Assembly (NCBI RefSeq): GCF_016432865.1
Contig: NC_067402.1
Coordinates: forward strand, 71,734,001 to 71,798,000
DNA length: 64,000 nt
Reading direction: 5' to 3'
Origin: Antechinus flavipes
Lineage: Eukaryota
The first letter of the stretch is position 1. The number at the start of each line of letters is the position of its first letter. This document shows, in pieces, positions 1 through 12,030 of the stretch. A model generated the notes under the pieces. That model did not search any database and was not told where the DNA came from. It was given only the letters and a program-made list of their open reading frames with translations. Made by a program: the position numbers and the translations under genes.

Positions 1-139
1 GAGTGACTAATATGTTATAAGAACTCAGTAAATTCTTATTGATGGATTAATGTGGTAGTTGCATTGTTTGACCATGTGTGAACCTAACCTACCTCCTGAA
101 TCCCATTATTATTAGTTCTTAGGGTAGTATGTAGTGGAT

Positions 140-335
140 ACAATGGAAAAGGGTACCAAAGAAATGCTCAGAATGCTTAGTCTTAACTTACTTCTAACTG
201 TCTATGTGAGTTTATGAGAACTCACAAACTTTATGATCCTCAGTTTCCTCATAGTGAAAATGGTGAAATGACTTGATCCTAGTCTTACCTATGTTACCTC
301 ACAGGGTGTGTTCAGAGAATCAAATAAGATGCAAA
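140..335 (+). mobile_element. MIR-family CORE-SINE, degraded
   Basis: core cctcagtttcctcatagtgaaaatgg and tail cctcacagggtgtgttcagagaatcaaataagat. Confidence 0.55.
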
Positions 336-1729
336 ATGCATGACACCACTGTTATTATCTCTTGGATTAAGAATAGAGAAAGGGGATGAAAGGAAGAGGG
401 TGTTTTTTCTATCCAGTTTTACAAAGGTATACTTCAGCTTTTAAATACTAAGGGAAATGAGTTTAATATGTCTTCTTCCAGTTTAGAATGAACCTATGAT
501 TGCTTTGGCTACAACCATCCACCTAGTTGTGTACTCACTAATCAGGCACTATCTTCCAGAATGACTAAACATGGCATCCTAATTCAAAGAAAAATATAAA
601 AAAATTTATGAGACCTTTGGGTATCAATTAGTGTTAATAAAACAAGAATCTGATGAGATAATTGAAAATGAATCAGACACATGTGTTTCACCACACCCAT
701 GACATTTAAAATGAGGTGTTTAACCTTATGAAAAACCTGCCTTATGACAATCTTGGGTTCCCTGTTTTCCTACATGTAATTTTGAGTTTTAAAAGATTGT
801 GAGTGCAATGTTTTCCACAGTTGTATGCTTAAGAATATTTTCTTTTCTCTGTTTCCAGAGAAAACAACATGAGTTTCATTAGAAAGTTATCCCCCCAAAA
901 AAATGGAACAAAAAAGTTCCAATGAGGAAATAATGGGCAACTAAGTCCTTTAAATAAGATTAGAGAGAAAGTAAAAATAATAGCATTAGATTCTTATTTC
1001 TAATGGTGACATATAACTACTTGTGTACTATATAGGAATTTGTTCCATTTTTGTTTTTAATCTGACTCCATGTTTTAATACTGTAAACACTAGGGAATGG
1101 GATCAAACATAGAACTTTCATTTGGCTTCTGAGAAGAATTCAGGTTTAGTACTTTTTTGGGCAATGGAATAAAAGTCAAAATTAATTCCATAAAATACCA
1201 CACAGACTGAAGGTCCATAAAGCAAGGAAGATACTACAGTTATTCATCACTTACTCTCTGAGGTCCTTAGAAGTAGGGACTTTCTACTTTTGATTATTCA
1301 AAGGAACTTTGTCTTATTCCAACACTTTATAATAGCATTAAGGTAAAACTGGCTTCTCCAAGTGATATCAGCAGAGTCTTGCTTCTAGGAGTTGGCCTAG
1401 CATCCTTAAAAAGCACAGGCTTAACTACCAGCAGTATATCTGTTTTTGGAATTCTGAACGAGGGAAATGAAGAAGTTTAGCATAATGAATGTGCTGCCAT
1501 AATTAGAGTCAACAAAACCTTCGGTCAGGTTCTGGTATCAGTCTTGGCTTCATGACAGAGATTTTACTTGAACTGGACCTTGAAGGTAGATGAGCATATT
1601 AAGAGAAAATGAAGATTTGTATTCTGTGCAAAGGAGACTAGTTTTTCAAATACAGGGAGGCAGGAAACAAAAGGCCAGATCTAAAATTTTGGCAATAGTA
1701 ATCCATTTTTTCTGGCTTTCGAATTTAGA

Positions 1730-1865
1730 AAGTCAATCAATAAACATATAATCAAATACCAAAACTATTGTTTGGTGATCACTGTGCTAATCACCAGGGA
1801 TACAAATAAAGTCAAAGGACAGTACCTACCCTCAAGTAGTTCACACTCTAATGGGTACAAATAAT
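1730..1865 (-). mobile_element. L2 3' end
   Basis: tcaatcaataaacat...cactgtgcta...gggatacaaa...ccctcaagtagttcacactcta. Confidence 0.55.
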
Positions 1866-2299
1866 AAGAAATAAAGTTGAAAAAGGAAAGGTTAAATTGA
1901 AATTTTAGAGGTGCTGAAAAGTTTGTATTTTATCTGAGAAAGGGATGATAGGGAGCTACTGGAGAGTTCTTTTTTTTTTTTTTTTTTTTGGCAGTTTAAT
2001 GGCATGGTCATACCAATAGCTAAAAGAAAGTTCAGTGTTCATGGCTATCCCACAAATGCCAATATAATAATGACAATACACAGTTAATTCAAATAATAAA
2101 TCTGATGAAATAGTGAAGATATTCAAATTTTAATTGCCTATTTCCATTGGACTGAAATCAGTTACCATGTTTTATATACAACTATAATTTTGAATAGTGA
2201 AAATTTGAATAAGGAGACCATTTCATAGGATTTATTATTTACACTAATTGGGACCTGGATCTATTTCACAAGTTAATTGACAATTTTAATATTTTGCTT

Positions 2300-2470
2300 T
2301 TCAAAGTGGTACTTTACAGAAGTCAAATAATAGCAAAATTCATTTAGAATAACAAAACTTCTATACTATCAAATGAATTAATGAAAAAAGGAAAGTAGTC
2401 AGGGAAAACCTCAAACTATGCTATAAAGCATCAATCAACATAAACTTCTGGTATTTATTAAAAGAAAATA
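2300..2470 (+). mobile_element. Old L1 ORF2 remnant
   Basis: aaaattcatttagaataacaaaa...cctcaaactatgctataaagca resembles the L1 ORF2 3' third. Confidence 0.4.
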
Positions 2471-4114
2471 TACACATATATGTGTTGATATACAATATAA
2501 ATATAAGTAGGCACATATTATATATGCATATATAATATACTAATGCATAATATAGACATGTAAAAATTAGATATAAATATTTGTATAATTAAATAATTCT
2601 TTATAAAGATAGTAATGGCTAATCCTGAGTTTGACTTTATTTTTTATTGATATTTATATTTTCCTAGAAATCTAACACATATTTGCTTAAAAGAACTGTT
2701 CCAAAAAATGCATGTGATATATGTGCTTGCATGTATATATACATAATTTTCATATATGGAGTCTCTTCTACCTCCTTCTATTCTTTTTCCTCTTTCGCTT
2801 TCTCTCTTCCCATCATAAGAATGCATTTTATGTGTATATACATGTATATATACATGTAGTATATACATCTCTACTTTGCATATATCTATGAGTCAACCGC
2901 ATATAGATGAAGTTGAATTTTTGGGAGGAAATTATATTTTCTAGGAAATCAAGAAGTAGATAAAGCCTTGAAGGAGAGATACCTACAATAGGTGAGTGGA
3001 AGATGGATGATTAAACAATTAAAATTAAGAAAGTGTGGTTGGACAAAGAGAAAGAAACCTGTGAAAGAGTAGTGCTGAGAAAACTGAGAGAATAAGTCAT
3101 ATCACAGCAAAAACTGCAAAGGTCAAAAAAAAATTAAGGACTGAAAAAAGGTTCTTAGATTAGTAATAAAGAAGAAAAACTAGATTTTGTTTTTTTAAAG
3201 TCATATTAACATAGATATTTCCCATGTTTGACTCCTTCATGTTTAAAAGACTATAAGTTTCCAAGTATTCTTGAAGCAAAAGAAGGAAGTTCCCTAAAGA
3301 TAATTATTATGGGACTCATTTATTAGCTTCTTGTTGCAAAACTTACATTTCTCTCATTAATATTATGATTTAACCCATTACCTCTTTTCCTCTTGATTCT
3401 CATTTTGTTTGACTAATCAAAGCATGTAAATAAACAGTTAATTTTAATAAATTTGTCATGATATGCAGAAAATTACAATTTCTTTTTTAAAATGCTCGGT
3501 AATATGCCAAGCAATAGAAAATATTTATTTGTTCTCCATTTTATTATATTAAAAGGTTACAGATCTTCAGGTTTATACTTTATAGACCATAGGGACATAT
3601 AAGTTTAGAAAGATCTGGATCTAGTGTAGTAGATCTAGAAAGTAAGTTCAGAGACTTGTGCAACATATATAGAGAGAAGTATCCTCTATGTAGCTATATA
3701 AATATAATTAAACTCACTTCCCTTGCTTCTGCTCACTGGGTCCCTACTCTGCTTCAGAACCCCATCTCCCTCTCATTTGGTCCCACTCTAGGAGCCTTCT
3801 AATTATTTTCCCATGGCTAGTTTCTTTCTTTCTTTCTTTTTTTTTTTTTTTTTCAGATATAGGCTGCTGAATTTATATGGCTAATTCGCTGAAAAGTACA
3901 AATAAGTATCCAATATGATCAGTCATATATATTTGAAGTCACACTATTGGAAGTTATCATCATATGTTGATTCCAGTCCAGTGGAGTTATACCATGTGAA
4001 TATTTAAATATGGAGTGGGCATTTTTTGTGATTTAGATTATTTATTTTTATTTTAAATATATATTGTTTTATGAATTATTTTTGGAGAGAAAACTCAAAG
4101 CAAAAAGGAAAAAC

Positions 4115-4273
4115 NNNNNNNNNNNNNNNNNNNNNNNNNNNNNNNNNNNNNNNNNNNNNNNNNNNNNNNNNNNNNNNNNNNNNNNNNNNNNNNNNNNNNN
4201 NNNNNNNNNNNNNNNNNNNNNNNNNNNNNNNNNNNNNNNNNNNNNNNNNNNNNNNNNNNNNNNNNNNNNNNNN
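4115..4273. other. Assembly gap (159 N)
   Basis: N run inside an L1 3' region. Confidence 1.
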
Positions 4274-4582
4274 CCAAAGTCTATTGGGATTGCTTTGAAG
4301 CAATGGACTACTGAAAAGAGCCAAACCTTTCACAGTTGATCAACGCACATTTTTGTTGTTATTTTGTACAATGTATTCCTGATTCTGCCTTTTTAGCTCA
4401 ATATCAGTTTATATCAACTTTCCACGCCTTTCTATAATCAGCTTGTTCATCATTATAATAGAACAATAATATACCATTACCTTCATATACCATAACTCAT
4501 TCAGCCATTCCCGAACTGATGGACATCTACTCATTTTCCATTTCTTTGCTACCACAAAATTTGCTACTACAAATATTTTTGC

Positions 4583-4754
4583 ACAGATAGGCATCTAGAT
4601 TATATTCTAAATGGAATCATTGAAGTTTCAGGAGCTGTATACTGATATGGTCACATAGGTTTTAAAAATACTGCAACCAAAGAAGAACTAGAAAACATTA
4701 TGAAAGGCAAAATGGACAACTTAGATTACATTAAATTTAAAATGTTTTTGCACA
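4583..4754. repeat. Arm 1 of 172-bp inverted repeat
   Basis: reverse complement of 5383-5554 with one mismatch (checked base by base). Confidence 0.97.
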
Positions 4755-4998
4755 CTTATGGTTTCCTTGGGATATAGACCCAATAATGGCACTGTTGGGT
4801 CAAAGGGTATGCACAGATTTATAGTCCTTTGAGAATAGTATCAGATTGCAGATGGTTGGAATATTTCATAATTCCTCTAAAAATGCATTAGTATCCCAGT
4901 TTTCCCACATCATCTCTAACATATCATTTTAGTCAATCTGAGAAGTATGAGGTGGAGTTGTTTTAATGTGCATTTCTCTAATTAAGAGTGAATTAGAG

Positions 4999-5144
4999 GA
5001 GCAGCTAAGTGGTATGGTAGATAGAGCACTAGTCCTAAAGTCAGGAGGACCTTATTTCAAATCTGGTCTCAAGACACTTCACACACCCTAGCTGTGTGAC
5101 TCTGGGCAAGTCACTTAACCCCAATTGCCTCAAGGGGGGAAAGA
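4999..5144 (+). mobile_element. Short tRNA-derived marsupial SINE (WSINE1/SINE1-like) inserted in L1
   Basis: gagcagctaagtggtatggtagatagagc...ttcaaatc...gggcaagtcacttaaccccaattgcctc; 15-bp TSD aagagtga(a/t)ttagag at 4984-4998 and 5145-5159. Confidence 0.85.
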
Positions 5145-5382
5145 AAGAGTGATTTAGAGCATTTTTTCATATATCTACAAATGGCTTTAATTTAACTATC
5201 TGAAAATTGTCTGTTCACATACTTTGACCATTTATCAGTTGGAGAATTATGTGCATTCTTATAAATGTGACATAGTTCTTTATATATTTTAGAAATGAAA
5301 TCTTTACCAGAAATACTGGCTGTAAAGATTTTTTTCTCCAGCTTTATACTTCCCTTTTAATCTTGTTTCTATTGGTTTTGTT

Positions 5383-5554
5383 TGTGCAAAAACATTTTAA
5401 ATTTAATGTAATCTAAGTTGTCCATTTTGCCTTTCATAATGTTTTCTAGTTCTTCTTTGGTTGCAGTATTTTTAAAACCTATGTGACCATATCAGTATAC
5501 AGCTCCTGAAACTTCAATGATTCCATTTAGAATATGATCTAGATGCCTATCTGT
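5383..5554. repeat. Arm 2 of 172-bp inverted repeat (78 bp L1 + 94 bp flank)
   Basis: reverse complement of 4583-4754. Confidence 0.97.
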
Positions 5555-5944
5555 CTTTAAAAATCGAGATCCAAACTATTTCCCCACATATATTACAGAT
5601 CACTTTCCTTTTTTCACTAAAGTTTCTAAATAAATTGACCTATTTACTATTCCTCATATATGACATATCATTCTACCTCTTATCTTGATGCCTTTGCACC
5701 AGCTTCATTTCCCCTTTCACTCCCTGCCCCTTGACTAGAACCCATTCTTTTGTTGTTTTCTCAACTCCAGATCCCTTGATTCCCTAAAAGCGCACTTCCA
5801 GTATCCATGTTATTCCCAGTTTTAATCCCTAGTTTAATCCCCATAGCAATTCCTATGATTGCTTTGTATTTCTTTTTTATATGTTTATATTTTTTTCTCT
5901 GTACAATCATTACTTCCTATCCCATCAGTAAAATAAATGAAGTA

Positions 5945-6195
5945 GGTAGACAGTACATGAAGTACTAACTAGTCTTGGAGTCAAGAAGAACTAAGTTAGA
6001 ATCTTACCTCAAAAAACTAGCTGTGAGACCCTGAAAAATTATTAACATGTGCTAGGCTTTCAGGTTCCTCATTTATAAAATTAGGATCATAATAATACTT
6101 ACTTTACAGGATTGTTGTAAGAATCAAATGAGATAATGTATGAAAAACACTTTGTAGATTCTGAAAGACTAAACAACTGCCAGTTATTATCATTT
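5945..6195 (+). mobile_element. MIR
   Basis: ggagtcaagaagaac...ctagctgtgagaccctg...cctcatttataaaat...caggattgttgtaagaatcaaatgagataatg. Confidence 0.75.
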
Positions 6196-6240
6196 TAGCC
6201 ATCATCTTCATCCTTATCACCATCTTCACTTATTTTTAAA

Positions 6241-6497
6241 TGGGGCAGCTAAGTAGTACAGTGAATAAAGTGCCAGTTTGAAGAGGAAGACTTTAATTTT
6301 TTTTTTTTTTTTGTCAATTCAAATCTAGCCTCAGATTCTTACTAGCTGTGTGGCCCTAGACAAGGCATTCACTTCTGTTTGCCTCAGCTTTCTCATCTGT
6401 ATATTGATCTTATGAAGGAAATGGCAAACCACCTTAGTAATATTTGCTAAGAAAACCCCAAAAAGGTGAGACATGACAGAATATGACAAACAACAAA
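6241..6497 (+). mobile_element. MAR1-type CORE-SINE with RTE/Bov-A-like tail
   Basis: ggggcagctaagtagtacagtg head, core, tail gaaggaaatggcaaaccac...gctaagaaaacccc. Confidence 0.8.
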
Positions 6498-8037
6498 TGG
6501 ATATCCTCAGAAGTTGTATCTCTTTTCAAGAGGGCAAAGTACTTTCTGACTATTCTGTAAAAATAAATAATATTTAATTTTCAAAATATCATTAGAAACT
6601 ATAGTCATAAAAGTATTTTACAAGTTGTCATTTATCATTGCTCTTTATAGCAAATGAAATAAATTCAAATATATAAATAGTTCGGGATTTCACATACAGT
6701 CCTTGATCCACCCTTTAAATGATATGTATGCTCTTTTTTTTCACCCAAGACAAATTATTTTGAAAAATGTTAGTAACCAACTGCTTATTTGTCATGTTGG
6801 TTCACACATGTACAAATGAGAGATCAAAATTGCCTCACAAATCAGTATGCTTTACTATTCCTCAAACCAAATATGATTTATACTAGTTATATCCCATTGC
6901 ATCTCACCATGAGAGTGGTTAAGTTCCTATTGAGCTAAGTCTCCAGACCTCCCTTGAAGATGTCTATGCTTTCACTTTCTTCTGTAGCATAAGTAACAAA
7001 AGATGCAGCAAGCTATCCTGGCTGCATTTGCCAATTTGAGATTGTCATTATAAAGTACCTTACTGTTGCTTTCTTCTTTTAGCTCGTTTTCTTCAAAGGG
7101 AATTTGAAGAATTCAAACTCCTGAAAAGTGCTGAACTGAGAGTGTGAAAGACAGATGTCTTCTGTCATACCTCATAGTAGGAACCCCACGGGCACTTCCT
7201 TCACAAACTTTCTCCACTTTCTCCTGCTAATAGGCCTAAACTCTGGCCCAACCATTCCAATGGCCCAGATGTCTCCACTGGGTCATTTCCAGCAAATACT
7301 TATTAGTGAAATGCAATACACTTATCCCTGATAAGGCGGTTTGTGAACACTCAGGGAAATGAATCAGTGAATCATTAGTTCATTAACAGTTAGTCATGTG
7401 AGACTAATCTTATCTCCTTTTGTGATAGTTAACATACTGGTCTCCAGGTCAGGAGAATGACACAAGTCCACTGGAATTTGAACCAAGCTTTTGAACTGGA
7501 TCACAGTAAACTTGTGCTTAAGCTGAAGAAATTGCAGATTAACAGGTAGGTGGGATCAGAATTGGTCTAGCAACTTGAAATGAGGTCTCTAGAATAGTGC
7601 TGTAGGATCCTGTTGCTGGTCCTTCTTTGTTCATAATTTTAACTAATGACTTTGGTGAAGACTTCCATATTTGTCATGTTTATCAAATTTATGTATGAAA
7701 AAGCTGGGAAAGAGATCTCCAAGAAGCTAAATTTTCAAAGAGGTGGATTGCCTTTAAGCACAGCTAACAAAGAAACCTTAGAAATATGGCCAACTAATCC
7801 CTATTAGATGCAAGATTTGAACCCAAGTGTTCCTGAAATTTAGTCTAGCATGACTTTCACTCCTCCCTATAAATAAATTATATATAAATATAAATAAATA
7901 AATAAATTCAAAATGAATGGATATAATACCCTGTTCTTGGTAATTAAAAAATAACAAACAGGAAAAAAAAAAAAAAAAACCTCCAAAATGGAATGGGAGA
8001 GATGTGATTAGCGAGCAGTTTTAGTGGAAAGAACTTT

Positions 8038-8040
<3 letters not shown>

Positions 8041-8073
<33 letters not shown>
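8041..8073. repeat. (CA)n microsatellite
   Basis: direct. Confidence 0.98.
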
Positions 8074-8075
<2 letters not shown>

Positions 8076-8398
8076 TTTTTTGTAAATAAAAAGCTTTAAT
8101 AAAAAAAAGAAAATTGACCTATCATAACCCTCCAAAGAAAAGTATCAGTGTAATAATATTTTATCACATTTATATACCATAATTTGTTCATCCATTTCTC
8201 AATATACTCCCTCGGATTCCCATTTTTTGGCTATACATATTTTTGTAGATCCTTGTAATTTATTTTGCTTAAAATTAAACCCTCCCTTAATAGACAGCTA
8301 TGTGGTATAATGCATGGACTTCAAAGTCTGGAGTCAGAAAAACTCATCTTCTTAAGTTCAAATCTGACCTTAGGAACTTACTAGCTGACACACACATG

Positions 8399-8782
8399 TT
8401 TTAAATCAAATATTTCCCAATTACATGTAAAAACACAACATTCATTTAAAAAATTGACTTCCAAATTTTCTCCTTCCTTCCCATCCCACCCATCACCTTG
8501 AGAAGGTAAACATTATGATATTGCTTATTCATGTGAAGTCATGCAAAACATTTCCATATTAGTCATTTTGCAAAAGAACACACACATATGCACATGCACA
8601 CACAGGAAAAAAAAAACTAAAGTATTAAAAAATGTATGCATCATACTGCATTTAGGGCTCCTCAGATCTCTTTTTGGAGGTAGAGAACATTATTCACCAT
8701 GGGTCCTTTGGATTTGTCTTGATCGTAGTAGCTACATCTTTCATAATTGATCATCTTTACATTATTGCAGTTACTGTGTACA
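8399..8782 (-). mobile_element. Marsupial L1 3' UTR fragment
   Basis: tatttcccaattacatgtaaaa...catgcaaaacatttccatattagtcat...gcagttactgtgtaca. Confidence 0.7.
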
Positions 8783-8879
8783 TTAATAACTAAGGACTTG
8801 AAAGGACTACTTTTCCAGGCTTCTTATACATCAATTCTGTCCATATACTTTCCAGCGCAATGACTCTGACCTTCTTGCT

Positions 8880-9160
8880 CCCCAGTCATTCAGCTAGCCT
8901 TTATTAAGTGCCTATTAAATTTCAGACTCTGTGCTAAGTGCAGGCAATAAGAAAAAAGGCCAACAATAATAATAGTTACAATAAAGAAAAGTTACTGATC
9001 TTAAGGTATTCACAGTCTAACAGGGCAACAACTATGTACAAACAAGATATAGACAGGCAACAGTGGGGCTGTAGTCTTAGAAGGAAGGCTCTGAGATTAA
9101 AGAGAAATGCACGAGGCCTTTTAGAGAAGATGAAACTTTAGCTCAAACTGGAAGGAAGTT
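8880..9160 (-). mobile_element. L2 3' end
   Basis: cattcagc...tttattaagtgcctatta...ctgtgctaagtg...cacagtctaacaggg. Confidence 0.65.
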
Positions 9161-9189
9161 AAGGAAACTAAGTGGAAATGAGGAGAGTA

Positions 9190-9192
<3 letters not shown>

Positions 9193-9260
<68 letters not shown>

Positions 9261-9315
9261 GACAGAGAGAGACAGAGACACACAGAAAGAGAGAGACAGT
9301 GACAGAGACAGACAG
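9193..9315. repeat. (GA)n/(GACA)n compound microsatellite
   Basis: direct. Confidence 0.97.
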
Positions 9316-9869
9316 ACTTTCATATGTTGGGATAGCCATAGGATAAGAAGAAGGGAAAGGTCAGTAAAGGATGAAAATAGAGTTTGAACATTAGTACCTG
9401 AGCATTCAGAATCACTAGGATAGCGTATGATGGATGGACATACATTAATCATTGAGGAATATGTTCCAATATGTTATGAATGCCCATGGGTCGAGTTTGT
9501 ATTATGTTAACTTGGCCTAGGGCATTTGCCAGTTTTGTGTTGTTATAAAGTGAGGGGAGAATTTAAAAGGGGTGAAGGAACCTAGATTCAAGGCAGACCC
9601 TGGGGAATTGTGAGTAGTCACTCCATTTGCTGACTTAATGCTTTCTTCCCAATACCTAGAATTCTTTCCTTCTTAGTTCCTGATTCTTGTACTCTCCCAT
9701 TTCTGTCAAATCTCAAATAAAATTCTATCTTCAGCAAGAATCCTTTCCCAGTTCTCCTTAGTGCTAGTCCCTCTGTGCATTAGTTCCATTTTACCCCGAA
9801 TATATCTCACTTTTGCATTTTTTTTTTTTTTGCATATTGTCTCTACTATTAGACTGTGAACTTGTTCAG

Positions 9870-10112
9870 TCACCTTAGTTGTATCTGATATGAATCCACT
9901 TGGAGTTTTTTTGGGCAAAGATACTGGAATGGCTTTCCATTTTCTTCTTCAAATCATTTTTATAGATAAGGAAACTGAGACAAATAGGATTAAATGATTT
10001 TTCTAGAGTGATACAGTTCATGTCTGAGGCTAGATTAGAATTCAGGCAGATGAGAGAATCTTCCTGATTACAAGCCCAATGCTGCAATGCATTATGACAC
10101 CACCTAGATGTC
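9870..10112 (-). mobile_element. MAR1-type SINE inserted into an L2 tail
   Basis: ttgggcaaagatactggaatggctttccattttcttc; ataaggaaactgagacaaatagg; L2 tail on both sides. Confidence 0.8.
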
Positions 10113-10204
10113 TATTTCTGCCTTTGTCCATATTCCTATCCATTTAGCATGGAGCCTGGCACTTGGTAATCATCTCATAAATTCTTGTTGATATAGCAGC
10201 ATAT

Positions 10205-10400
10205 TATAGAGTTCTAGGCTGGATTCAGGAAGGATTGAGTTGAAATATGTCTTAGAAATCTGTGCAAATCTGAATAAGTCATAACTTCTGCTTCAGTTTT
10301 TTCAACTGTAAAATGAGGATAATAAGGGTACCTAACTTTCTAGGATGTTGTGAAGATCAAGTGAGCTTGTGAGCTTGAAAATATGGTTAGTTTTTTAAAT
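10205..10400 (+). mobile_element. MIR
   Basis: cttcagtttttcaactgtaaaatgaggataata...ggatgttgtgaagatcaagtgag. Confidence 0.6.
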
Positions 10401-10809
10401 AAGTACAATTCCTACAATATAGTATTTTTTTAAATTCTCATTTCTTTATTATTTTTTCATTAGCTTGATTTGATTTAAAATCTCATTATAAATCAATCCA
10501 ATCCCATCCAAACATGTATTAAATAATGCTAAGGCATTGTATTAGGTTAAGTTCTAGGATTTAGATTCAAAATCCAAAAAAAAATAAATAAATAAATTTA
10601 AAAAAAAGAATTGCTGTTCCCAATGAGTATACCTTCTACTTCAAAATAAATGAATAAATATATTCATAAAAAACTGAGGAAGGTTTTATTATTAGCAGCT
10701 AACAATGTAAGTAAAAGCTTCCTGTAAGGGGGCAGTGCCTGAGATAATCTTTAAAGGAAGCTAGAACATAAAAAACTGATTAAACTTATCATTAGAAAAA
10801 AAAAAAGTT

Positions 10810-11390
10810 GGATCTTGGCAGTTGGTCCCATCATTTCCTGGAGAATGAATGAAAAAGAAATGGAAGCAATATTATATTATTGGTATCAAAAATCAATGTC
10901 AACAGAGATACACCTATGAAATTAAAAAAAAAAAAAAAAACTACTTGCCCTTTGGAAGGAAAACTATGGCAAATCTGAACAGAGTACTAAAAAGCAGAAA
11001 CATCACTTTACTGAGAAGGGTCCAAAGAGTCATAGGATTTTCCAGCTGCATTTATGACTGTGAGAGTAGGACTAGATGGAAAACTGAATACTGGAGAATT
11101 GGATTGTTGTGCTGTAAAAGATTTTTGAGAGTCCCTTGGATAGCAAGGAGGTCAAATCAGTCAGTATTAAATAAATTAGTTCAGATTGGATAGATACCAC
11201 TGAATGATCAAATAATAGAGCTGAAGCTTAAATACTTAAATACTTTGGCTATATATTGAGAAGATGGGATTCATTAAAAGACCATAATGTTGGGAAAGAT
11301 TAAACGCAAAAGGAAAAGGGGATGGCAGAAGATTAAATGGATAGATAGTGTCATGGAGAAATGAACACGAGCTTGAACAGATTTCAGGAA
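10810..11390 (+). mobile_element. BovB-type RTE LINE, degraded ORF2 C-terminal fragment
   Basis: ggtcccatcatttcctgg, ttggaaggaaaactatggcaaatct, gagagtcccttggatagcaaggaggtcaaatcagtc, gctgaagct...atactttggc, gttgggaaagatt follow the BovB consensus as I recall it; ORF track gives LPFGRKTMANLNRVLKSRNITL and RVPWIARRSNQSVL. Confidence 0.85.
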
Positions 11391-12030
11391 TGTCAAAATA
11401 TTTTGGAGATACTTTGTTTTCCAGAGCTAAGGTCCAGCAAGCTGGCCATGTCTTGGGCTTGGTGTAATAATAATCCTTTGCATTCTAGATGAGATTATCG
11501 TCTAGCAAAGTGTATTTCTTAGTCTAGCACCAGGTGTTCTCTGAGGCATTTAGCTCCTCTTATTTCCCAGGGCTATCTGTCATATGTTCACAAGTTCTGT
11601 TCCTTGTCATTGACAAGTATTATACTTCTGTTCCACTCACAGAAATCTGGTTCTGTGCCCCATAGGGTGACCATGACTCTCCAAAATGAAGCAATAACTG
11701 TTTCCATGGGACCCAAGAACAGCTGTATTGCCCCTTAGATATGCTAAGCATGAGAATTCTCTTAGGATGAATGATTGTGTTATGGGCCAACATCTTTCAT
11801 GTACAAAACTGGTTCCAGCATCAGTAGTTTTAAGGCTTCCTTTTAGGAAGTAGGACCTCATCTGCAGGTATGTTATTTTCTCGGAAATGAAGTAAACTTA
11901 TCTTTGTTTCCTGACTCTAACCTGTTTTGTGACACTTTAGCCATCCACAGATTAGAGGTGATTCTGGTCCAATTGATAAGAGATAGTGAAGGATAAAGGG
12001 GCCTCCTGTGCTACAATCTGTGGAGTCACA

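Larger units (their letters stand above)
4040..5460 (-). mobile_element. 5'-truncated marsupial L1 (ORF2 3' end + 3' UTR) with nested SINE and inverted insert
   Basis: gaacaataatataccattaccttcatataccataac, ttccttgggatatagacccaataatggc, aatgtaatctaagttgtccattttgcc; L1 similarity stops at 5460. Confidence 0.85.

Noticed and set aside
4064-4339. Gap-spanning ORFs (also 18643-19047, 40255-40515)
   Set aside because: Open only because of Ns.
4999-5080. tRNA-like A/B boxes
   Set aside because: SINE heads; no cloverleaf, so no tRNA gene called.
6908-7090. Two small - strand exon-like pieces (ENELKEESN / ESESIDIFKGGLET*)
   Set aside because: First needs a rare GAG acceptor; peptide unrecognised; kept only as a lncRNA exon candidate.
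9121-9452. ER/SL-repeat ORFs
   Set aside because: (GA)n microsatellite translations.
10849-11193. 114-aa ORF
   Set aside because: Decayed BovB ORF2 with frameshifts, not a host gene.
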